IMG/VR virus record: IMGVR_UViG_2582580933_000011
Location: 1 to 25,865 of that record
DNA length: 25,865 bases
Reading direction: 5' to 3' (one strand)
DNA from: a virus
Taxonomy: Duplodnaviria > Heunggongvirae > Uroviricota > Caudoviricetes
Part shown: positions 1 through 7,642 of the stretch, piece after piece
Numbering within the stretch: position 1 is the stretch's first letter
Layout of the letters: the number at the start of each line of letters is the position of its first letter
The notes under the pieces: generated by a model
What the model was told of the DNA's origin: nothing
Database searches by the model: none
Seen by the model: only the letters and a program-made list of their open reading frames with translations
Program-made: the position numbers and the translations under genes

Positions 1-131
1 GAAGACAGTGACCTCCGTCTGGCCGGTTCGGATTCGTACCTCGCAGAGGTCTTTCCTCGTTACCAGTGCCGTCACAATGACGGTTAAACAGATGACGATC
101 AGAGCGATTAACATCGCTTTTTGCTGCTTCA
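1..131 (-). CDS. hok: Hok/Gef-family type I toxin (small membrane toxin); 3' end cut by window start
   Basis: Minus-strand ORF with ATG at 129-131 preceded by GGAG. Manual translation MKQQKAMLIALIVICLTVIVTALVTRKDLCEVRIRTGQTEVTVF... fits the Hok/Gef pattern (single TM helix, conserved RKxLCE and TGQTEV motifs). A mok-like overlapping frame starts at ATG 188-190 in a different frame, as in hok/mok/sok loci. Confidence 0.75.
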
Positions 132-313
132 TAGCCTGCTTCTCCTTGACCTTTTGGTCGGTAAGAGGCTAATCTACGTATGCTAAGCATAGATATGGCC
201 TCAGATTAATGTTAAGCGTCTTGCAGGACGCGTAATGTTATCTGGGGCTTTCTTCTATCTGCTTTTCTGGTAATGCCTGAAGCAGATAGCCTCAAGCACC
301 CGCAACGATTGTA
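132..313. promoter_or_regulatory. hok mRNA leader region; expected location of mok start and a sok-type antisense RNA/promoter
   Basis: Inferred from the canonical architecture of hok/sok loci (antisense RNA overlapping the mok/hok leader). No specific promoter was mapped from sequence. Confidence 0.3.
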
Positions 314-559
314 TCAATGTCTGGCTTTTTTTCTATAGAAATCACCTGGAAGGGTGAATATCCACATCAGAAGAAATGTTGCAGCAAACATGATCCCTAA
401 TGGCCAGATTGCGCCAAAGAAAATCCATACTAAGATCTCCTCTGCTCGTTCTTTGCGGTCGATATCGACAAGCATTTTTCGGCTGATTATGTATACACAG
501 AAGCCAATACAAACATATCCTGCAAAAGCGAACGCTAACTGTAAAAAATCAGATTGCAT
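314..559 (-). CDS. small membrane protein (two predicted TM helices), unknown function
   Basis: ORF 314..640 (-). An internal ATG at 557-559 has a GAGG upstream and would give an 81-aa product with hydrophobic helices (LAFAFAGYVCIGFCVYII, ILVWIFFGAIWPLGIMFAATFLLMWIF). The longer start at 640 overlaps the repL-like stop. Confidence 0.4.
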   Translation of the reverse strand: MQSDFLQLAFAFAGYVCIGFCVYIISRKMLVDIDRKERAEEILVWIFFGAIWPLGIMFAATFLLMWIFTLPGDFYRKKARH

Positions 560-609
560 CTCCGACCTCAAACTGAAAACACCAGGTGACTCCAGATTAG
601 AGCAATCTA

Positions 610-1455
610 TCACCCTCTGAATCCTGCCGGTATACCCCATTGTTCGTTATCTTTATTTTTGGCTAAAACCGCATTAAGAGCTTCGTTTACCGTCATGCAA
701 TGCGGCAGATTATCGAAGTTTGATACCCCGCCAATATCAGGAGAACGCTTGTTCTTCAGGTAAGCATATTTCCGCGCTGCCGCCTCTACTTTCTGCTTGA
801 ACTCATGTTTTTGAGCGCGTTTTTTGGATAACCGCAGATTGTCAGCCTTTGCTTTTGCCTCAGCGATCCATGAAGTCAATTTTTTGAGTCTGGTCGTTCC
901 GGCACCGCCGGAAACTGATCTTTTTGTTTTTTTAACTTGTGACTTCTTATTCTTTATTGCCACGTCATCCTGACAGGGGGAGGGGGTATCATTTTGACAT
1001 GGGGGTGTGGATAAAAAATTAAATAAAGCCAATGTCTTAGCGAGAACAGCTTTAACCTTGGTTGCCGCTGAAGAGATCTTTAATTTGCTTTCAATCAGCG
1101 CATTTTTGGCTTGTTGTGCGAAGGCCAAAAAGGATGGTGTAAACCGGTACAGGTTAGCGCGACGTTCACGGTGATCGCCGATAACAATCTCTACAGACAG
1201 AATTCCTTTGTTTACAGCTTCACGGAATGTACGAACGACGGTTGATTGGCTATAACCAGTTTCTGCCGCGATCAGGCGGTGAGGCTTGTGAATGAAGTAT
1301 TCACTGGTTGTTGCCGCGAGATTTGCACATTGCGACAGGATATGCCCGGCGCTACGGGATAGACCGGAGTGTGTTACAAAGCAGGCCAATTCATAGCCAG
1401 AAAAAGTAAAATCGCTCATCGTTATACAGCTCAGGAAAGTGACTTTAGCCAGCAT
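610..1455 (-). CDS. repL: RepL-like lytic-replicon initiator (P1 L-replicon type)
   Basis: 281-aa ORF immediately downstream of kilA on the same strand. N-terminal HTH-like region, very basic Lys-rich C-terminal half. Length and position match the kilA-repL unit of P1 as recalled. The start codon is ambiguous (no strong SD; an alternative ATG lies 12 codons in). Confidence 0.6.
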   Translation of the reverse strand: MLAKVTFLSCITMSDFTFSGYELACFVTHSGLSRSAGHILSQCANLAATTSEYFIHKPHRLIAAETGYSQSTVVRTFREAVNKGILSVEIVIGDHRERRANLYRFTPSFLAFAQQAKNALIESKLKISSAATKVKAVLAKTLALFNFLSTPPCQNDTPSPCQDDVAIKNKKSQVKKTKRSVSGGAGTTRLKKLTSWIAEAKAKADNLRLSKKRAQKHEFKQKVEAAARKYAYLKNKRSPDIGGVSNFDNLPHCMTVNEALNAVLAKNKDNEQWGIPAGFRG

Positions 1456-1484
1456 TACAATGCTGGTGGTTCTTACTACGTCTG

Positions 1485-2285
1485 TTAGCGCGTTGCCGCG
1501 ACAGGTACCAGCACACCAGCATCAAGCAATCGCTTCATCAGCCACTGCTGACCTTTGCCGGTTATACGAGTCGTGAAAGAAATCCTGCTTCCATTGCTTG
1601 TATCGATCACGGTTTCTTTAAGGGTGAAATACCCACGGGATATGTATTCTTGTTTGGGGACGTTTCTGCGTTCACCGGTTGCGATCAGAATTCCGTTATC
1701 ACGCAACCAGGTGAAGAGATAGTTTTGGCCCAGGCCGAGCACTTTGGCATAGTTGCCGATTAGAACCCCGCTGGCGGTAGCAACGCGTTCGGCGAATTCG
1801 ACTTTAGGTGCATCCATCAGCATTTTTTGCTCCAGCCGTTGCTTTTGCTCTGCCAGGTCAGCAGCCAAACGGAGAGCTTCTGGGAGGCTCTTCGGAATAG
1901 CAGGTTGTAATCTTCCAGCTCGATAGTCGATAAATGTCTGGTTTACCTTCAGCCGAAACGCGGGAGAAATCCAACCAGCGTACTCCACTGCGAGCAATTC
2001 ATGGGCAAAAGTGCCGCCGCCACGGCCTTCGAACGAAACTATGCAATTCTGCATAGTTTCTTTTTCAAGCTCTTCGATGAGCTGTTTGGCTGACAGCGTT
2101 CTTAGCCATTGAGCTGGCGCTTTATGGGCACCGAGTCCGCTCGCTCTGTGTAGAGCATTAAGGTTATAACGGCCAGCGCGGTCGGTCGTAATTTCAACAC
2201 CACAAATAACAGGCAGGGTGGTTGAAGGATCGACATTTTGATGAAGGTTTGATATATTCATATCCGCATTGAATGTTTGTTGCAT
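1485..2285 (-). CDS. kilA: KilA protein (KilA-N domain + C-terminal KilAC antirepressor-type domain)
   Basis: 266 aa. N-terminal KilA-N signature (RYNLNALHRASG ... FEGRGGGTFAHELLAVEYAGWISPAF). C-terminal region (LPEALRLAADLAEQK ... GNYAKVLGL ... TGKGQQWLMKRLLDAG) is about 65% identical to the C-terminus of the adjacent Ant ORF. GGAG 7-8 nt upstream of the ATG at 2285. Confidence 0.8.
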   Translation of the reverse strand: MQQTFNADMNISNLHQNVDPSTTLPVICGVEITTDRAGRYNLNALHRASGLGAHKAPAQWLRTLSAKQLIEELEKETMQNCIVSFEGRGGGTFAHELLAVEYAGWISPAFRLKVNQTFIDYRAGRLQPAIPKSLPEALRLAADLAEQKQRLEQKMLMDAPKVEFAERVATASGVLIGNYAKVLGLGQNYLFTWLRDNGILIATGERRNVPKQEYISRGYFTLKETVIDTSNGSRISFTTRITGKGQQWLMKRLLDAGVLVPVAATR

Positions 2286-2354
2286 TTTTTCTCCAAATTT
2301 GCATCAACCTTCAATCACCAGCTCGAAATGGTGATTCTTTGCACTTAGAAAACG

Positions 2355-2371
2355 AAATTTATTAGAGCAAA
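2355..2371 (-). promoter_or_regulatory. C1-repressor operator-like 17-mer (Op53-like) in the kilA promoter region
   Basis: Minus strand reads TTTGCTCTAATAAATTT, 16/17 matches to the P1 C1 operator consensus ATTGCTCTAATAAATTT as recalled. About 70-85 nt upstream of the kilA ATG. Confidence 0.6.
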
Positions 2372-2413
2372 TTTTTCTAACTCGATCCAGATCGGGTTGG
2401 TCGATCTGCTCAG

Positions 2414-2446
2414 AAACCTGCCAGTTTGCTGGCAGGTTTTTTTCTT
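2414..2446. terminator. hairpin with flanking A- and T-tracts (intrinsic-terminator-like) between ant and kilA
   Basis: Stem AAACCTGCCAG / CTGGCAGGTTT with loop TTTG, followed by a T-run on the plus strand and preceded by an A-run. On the minus strand (direction of ant) the U-tract is short (UUUCU), so read-through into kilA is plausible. Confidence 0.4.
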
Positions 2447-2449
2447 TTG

Positions 2450-3493
2450 TTAACCTATTGCTACTGGTTTTAACAAACCAGCATCAAGTAGCTTGCGAGT
2501 TAACCACTGCTGGCCTTTACCCGTTAATTGGGGCGTCAGCCGTATCTGGTAGCCATTTTCATCATCCAGCACCACTTCTTTCACCGTGAAATACCCGGCG
2601 TTAATGTACTGCTGGCGCGGTACGTTTTTGCGCGCACCAAAAGCCATGAGAATGCCGTTCTGGCGCAACCATGAGAAAAGGGCGTTTTGCTTAAGTCCAA
2701 CGACCTTTGCAAAGTTCCCGATCAGGATTCCATTGGCCACTGATACCCGGTCGGCAAAATCGACTTTAGGGGCTGCGGCCACCAGCTGTTGTTCCAGCTG
2801 CATTTTCTGTTCTGCCAACTCGGCAGCCAGGCGTAGAGCTTCTGGTAATGTTTGGGGGATCGATGGGGCAGGGGAGTTTGCCTGCTGCAATTCTTCCAGT
2901 TTGTCGATCAGCGAACGGCGGACGGCTTTTGATTCGCGTGCGGCGACTCGCAGGGCTTGTTTGTAGGTCATGGTTATGACAACCATAGGCGTACCGCCAC
3001 CTGGCGGCACGGTTGCACTTTTTGTGTAACCGTCCTCACCTTCTAATTCGTCGAGTATTTTTTCGATGAATTTGTTGTTCCGAACCTCTGGTTCCCCACA
3101 TAACTTACGCGCTTCATTGACCATCTTTAACAGTGTCAGGCTGTCGATTGTGTCTCCGGTGTTGGGGATGATATTCACGGCTGGTGCTGGCGTAGCTGAC
3201 GTAACAGGTGCTGTTTTTTCAACATTCAAATTATTACCGGTCATTCTATGTGCCTCCTTTCTCATTTCTGCTGCCACTGTTGCGTAACGTAGACGTCCTT
3301 GTTCAATCAAATAATCCCTGATCTCGGCTATCAGTAGCTTGTTGATCACAGCCTTATCTGTTCGGGTATAAAAACGTCTGGTTATCATGAAATAGTTGGC
3401 AATTGCGCCGGGGATCTCCCGTGTCGGCATACAGGCAGTGTGCAGGGCGATCGCTTCGGCTATGTCATTACGGGTGACGAGAGGTTTTTTCAT
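2450..3493 (-). CDS. ant1: antirepressor Ant1 (347 aa) with an in-frame internal start giving Ant2 (264 aa); C-terminal KilAC domain
   Basis: KilAC-type C-terminus (LPEALRLAAELAEQK ... GNFAKVVGL ... TGKGQQWLTRKLLDAG). Internal ATG at 3242-3244 is preceded by AGGAGG (plus 3253-3258) at 8-nt spacing. The ATG at 3491-3493 overlaps the stop of the upstream icd-like ORF (ATGA). Matches the P1 immI ant1/ant2 arrangement. Confidence 0.85.
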   Translation of the reverse strand: MKKPLVTRNDIAEAIALHTACMPTREIPGAIANYFMITRRFYTRTDKAVINKLLIAEIRDYLIEQGRLRYATVAAEMRKEAHRMTGNNLNVEKTAPVTSATPAPAVNIIPNTGDTIDSLTLLKMVNEARKLCGEPEVRNNKFIEKILDELEGEDGYTKSATVPPGGGTPMVVITMTYKQALRVAARESKAVRRSLIDKLEELQQANSPAPSIPQTLPEALRLAAELAEQKMQLEQQLVAAAPKVDFADRVSVANGILIGNFAKVVGLKQNALFSWLRQNGILMAFGARKNVPRQQYINAGYFTVKEVVLDDENGYQIRLTPQLTGKGQQWLTRKLLDAGLLKPVAIG

Positions 3494-3711
3494 AAACCCC
3501 CCTGAACGTCGGCAGAGAAGGGGAGGCTCCAGTAACTAAGTGAATTGCGCGAGTTAGTTGAAAAACGGGCAGTAAAAATGCAGGGGCCGTCAGGCAATTG
3601 AGAGCGTGCTTCGTCTTCTGTTGCTGCGATAACGAAGTGATAGTGGTGTTTTTTACAGGAATAGAAACGCCAGATGAATTCTTGGCGTGCGCAAGGATTG
3701 GCATTAACCAT
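3490..3711 (-). CDS. icd: Icd-like small protein (73 aa), translationally coupled to ant
   Basis: 73-codon ORF whose stop overlaps the ant1 start. GAGG 9 nt upstream of the ATG at 3709-3711, and that SD lies inside a sequence complementary to an upstream element (see c4-like feature). Identification is by position and length relative to P1 immI; the sequence itself was not independently recognised. Confidence 0.5.
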   Translation of the reverse strand: MVNANPCARQEFIWRFYSCKKHHYHFVIAATEDEARSQLPDGPCIFTARFSTNSRNSLSYWSLPFSADVQGGL

Positions 3712-3764
3712 AGTTACGGCCTCACAATCAGGTTTAACAACCTGCTACCCGCTGTCAAACAGGT

Positions 3765-3860
3765 GGCAGGACGTGACAGGGTTGACAGACTGGCGATTGT
3801 GAAACCAGCAGGCCGAAGCCTCCCCATCACGCCCCACCATAATTTGGGCGTAACGCGGTT
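3765..3860 (-). ncRNA. candidate c4-like antisense repressor RNA (approximate bounds)
   Basis: The central element 3781-3802 (plus gttgacagactggcgattgtga) is the inverted complement of motifs at 3722-3760 (CACAATCA ... CTGTCAAAC, overlapping the icd SD) and 3907-3929 (CACAATCA ... CTGTCAAAC). This is the a1/b1 - a'/b' - a2/b2 layout described for P1/P7 c4. Ends of the RNA cannot be fixed from sequence alone. Confidence 0.4.
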
Positions 3861-4025
3861 TAACGGACACAAAAATACCGCAATATCGGAAATCTGCGGT
3901 TGTCCGCACAATCATTCAGGCTGTCAAACCTGGTCGCAGAATTTGCTACGACGGCGGAACTATAAGCCTGAACGATTAAAAGGTCAATATGATGCGAAAA
4001 GATAGCATTCGTGACTTAAAAATAC

Positions 4026-4042
4026 AAATTTATTAGAGCATT
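4026..4042 (-). promoter_or_regulatory. C1-repressor operator-like 17-mer (Op51-like) upstream of the immI transcription unit
   Basis: Minus strand reads AATGCTCTAATAAATTT, 16/17 to the consensus ATTGCTCTAATAAATTT. The flanking sequence is also shared with the kilA site (plus 2343-2369 versus 4012-4040: ACTTA.AAAA..AAATTTATTAGAGCA). Confidence 0.6.
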
Positions 4043-4138
4043 GTTTGTTTAATAAATGCACAATTGGATCTAATAACCTCTTTTTTTTAAAGGCGAAAAT
4101 ATGTACCCTAAATGAGTTATAAGGCAGGTGAGGTTATA

Positions 4139-4630
4139 ATGAGAAAACTATTACTACCGTTATTATTTATGGCTGGGACTGTTAATGCAGCATCAAGCGT
4201 AAAGGAGATTTGTACCGATTATACGAAATACCTTGGGCACGTTTACGGATTTGCTGTCAGTGAAGACGAATCCATGCGCAAGAAGTTACTGTCAGATATG
4301 AAGCGCCTTAAACTTTCTGAAGCGATGGTGCAGCAGGAACTGTATAAAGTCTCAACCAACGCAAATGCTAAATACCAATATTCTCGCCTATTAAACCCCG
4401 ATGCAAATGAGATCAATCGAAGCACTTTCGATTATATGGTAAAGGCATGCGAAACCGCTCCTGATTTTGCTATCCCTAGCTGGGGTGTGCTGGTGGCGAG
4501 CAATGCCGTTAATAAAGAAGATGTTGGAAGAAATGGCATTGACTCAATCAGAAATGCCCCAGGAATGCGCCATCAAAACGTGCAGGGTACGCTTGAAGAA
4601 CGAGCCAGGGGGCCGGGTGTAGCTCCATAA
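4139..4630 (+). CDS. secreted (signal-peptide) protein with a C-terminal motif shared with the Sit protein
   Basis: ORF track 4112..4630. The likely start at ATG 4139 has GGTGAGG upstream and gives MRKLLLPLLFMAGTVNA|ASS, a signal peptide with an AxA-type cleavage site and no lipobox Cys. C-terminus NGIDSIRNAPGMRHQNVQGTLEERARGPG matches Sit segments. The body of the gene is AT-rich, the 3' end GC-richer. Confidence 0.6.
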   Translation: MRKLLLPLLFMAGTVNAASSVKEICTDYTKYLGHVYGFAVSEDESMRKKLLSDMKRLKLSEAMVQQELYKVSTNANAKYQYSRLLNPDANEINRSTFDYMVKACETAPDFAIPSWGVLVASNAVNKEDVGRNGIDSIRNAPGMRHQNVQGTLEERARGPGVAP

Positions 4631-4718
4631 TTTAATGAATAATATTAAATTCTCTGGGCATAGTGGATCTAACAATATGGACTATGCCTATAATATCTAA
4701 AACAAAAAGGATAAAAAT

Positions 4719-5225
4719 ATGAAATTATATAAGTCATTGTATAGCTTTTTATTAATGTCCTCTTTTCTGCCATTATCAGCAATGGCAGGTTCTACCGTTT
4801 GGACGGTAGGAGGTGAGCAAGGGTGGAGAGAAATCTCTGCAACCAATGACGATGGTTATACAATTAACTTTTCTTGTGATGCTGGAGCAAGGGAAGGTTC
4901 AGAAGATCATATCGCTGGAAGAAATTTGTATGTAAGCGGAGGAAAAGAGAATGCCGATTTTTCTACACGCGACACAATATCACGTAAAGCAGATGTAATT
5001 ACTTTAATTGTTGGCCCGGATAGTTTTAATATTGGCACGCAAAACACTGCTCCTAATCGTAGGGAATGGTATTCATTTTGGAAGGCAGTGTCATCTACAA
5101 ATGAAAAAAACATAGATGTATATATCGGTTCGAGTCGAATCACATCATTCACTCTGGATGGTATTTCCAGTATTTATACAGAAGCTAAAAATGACGGGTG
5201 TTTAAAACAAGATGACGGTGAATAA
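4719..5225 (+). CDS. secreted/periplasmic protein, unknown function
   Basis: 168 aa. N-terminal signal peptide MKLYKSLYSFLLMSSFLPLSAMA|GST, two Cys in the mature part. AT-rich. Its end overlaps the start of the next gene by 14 nt. Confidence 0.6.
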   Translation: MKLYKSLYSFLLMSSFLPLSAMAGSTVWTVGGEQGWREISATNDDGYTINFSCDAGAREGSEDHIAGRNLYVSGGKENADFSTRDTISRKADVITLIVGPDSFNIGTQNTAPNRREWYSFWKAVSSTNEKNIDVYIGSSRITSFTLDGISSIYTEAKNDGCLKQDDGE

Positions 5226-6285
5226 AGTGAAGGATATTAAACACATTTCGCTTAACTCTAATAATAAAGCTGAAGGCACTGTCTTTTATGATTATTTAAA
5301 TGAAATTAAAGGAGTGAGGCATAAAAAGATAAGTGGTTTATTAAATTCAGAATATATTTACAAGAGTTTAGTTAAACAGTTTGGAACAGTTAAAAAACAA
5401 GAATTAATTAATGATTGTTTTCGAAAAGAACTTGAGTCTTTACCAAAAGTTACGAGAATTGCACACCAGTTTCGTGAACAAATGGTATTTTTACAGAAAC
5501 AGTATCAGGCGGCTTTTCCCAGTGATGCAAATGAGCATATTCAAATAATTAAAAATCAAGCTGAAATGGCTATGCCGTTACGAAAACACTCAGAAGCCAT
5601 TAATAAGATAGCTGGCTTAAATAATATGGAGGAGGTATTTAAAGAATTACACTCTAATATAAATTACAAAATTAAGATAAGCAAAGATATTAAAGAAATA
5701 ATAAAGCAGTATAATAAAACAAGAAGTGTATTATTAGAGCAAGTAGTAGAGCTTGGGCTTGTTACTATCGCGCAGGCTTATGCTAATGATTCTATAAAAT
5801 CAGCGCATACCGAAAGTGAGCATCAAAACAAAGGATTTAATAAATCTAGTTCGACGTTTTTTGATTCATTTAAGGCGCTTCCTTCTCCTATTCAGATCTT
5901 CCTTCTGTGGATTTTTTATCAAGTGGTGCTTGGCGCTATAACTGATTATGCAAAAGAAAAGACATTATCGCAAATTTACAAGATGGAATCATATCTTCTA
6001 TCTCTAAATGAGGATAAGCCAATATCTAAGCAAAAGCTAACACAAGAAAATAAAGATATTCAGTGGGAGGATCTTAATAATTTTAGAGCTATAACAGGTG
6101 ATAACGTAAGGTTGCATGTCGGCCCTTCTTTAAATAGTGAAGTGATTGAATGCATTGGCAAAAACACAATTGTTGCTATTTTAGATAAGAAAGATCGTCA
6201 ATGGCTTTACGTGCAGGTTAAATCAGGGGATGAGTTTATTACTGGTTGGATTACACGAACATACACAAAGCCTCTTAAGGCTTGA
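5212..6285 (+). CDS. Lys/Asn-rich protein with one predicted TM segment and a C-terminal SH3b-like domain
   Basis: 357 aa. Hydrophobic segment PIQIFLLWIFYQVVLGAIT. C-terminal approx 60 aa (VRLHVGPSLNSEVIECIGKNTIVAILDKKDRQWLYVQVKSGDEFITGWITRTY) has the bacterial SH3 pattern. Very AT-rich, strong compositional contrast with neighbours. Confidence 0.55.
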   Translation: MTVNKVKDIKHISLNSNNKAEGTVFYDYLNEIKGVRHKKISGLLNSEYIYKSLVKQFGTVKKQELINDCFRKELESLPKVTRIAHQFREQMVFLQKQYQAAFPSDANEHIQIIKNQAEMAMPLRKHSEAINKIAGLNNMEEVFKELHSNINYKIKISKDIKEIIKQYNKTRSVLLEQVVELGLVTIAQAYANDSIKSAHTESEHQNKGFNKSSSTFFDSFKALPSPIQIFLLWIFYQVVLGAITDYAKEKTLSQIYKMESYLLSLNEDKPISKQKLTQENKDIQWEDLNNFRAITGDNVRLHVGPSLNSEVIECIGKNTIVAILDKKDRQWLYVQVKSGDEFITGWITRTYTKPLKA

Positions 6286-6415
6286 ATTTTATCTCCGCAT
6301 CTTCGGATTGGGTGTTGATGACGATGTGCTACTTGAAGCACTTGAGTTGTTTTAACGTAGTATCTGAAATGTGTAGACTGACCGGTAACAAATGACAACT
6401 CGTAGAATCGGTTAA

Positions 6416-7628
<1,213 letters not shown>

Positions 7629-7642
7629 ATTAAGGAGCAAGG

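Noticed and set aside
354-620. 88-aa plus-strand ORF overlapping the small membrane-protein gene
   Set aside because: Opposite-strand overlap with a more plausible membrane-protein ORF. No RBS.
2586-3287. Plus-strand ORFs 2586..2966 and 3066..3287 inside the antirepressor gene
   Set aside because: Antisense shadow ORFs within a well-supported KilAC-domain gene.
3598-4005. 135-aa plus-strand ORF and other small ORFs (3468..3704, 3714..3911) in the immI control region
   Set aside because: The region is better explained by the icd-like ORF, the antisense RNA elements and the operator/promoter. The ORFs lack RBSs and have odd composition.
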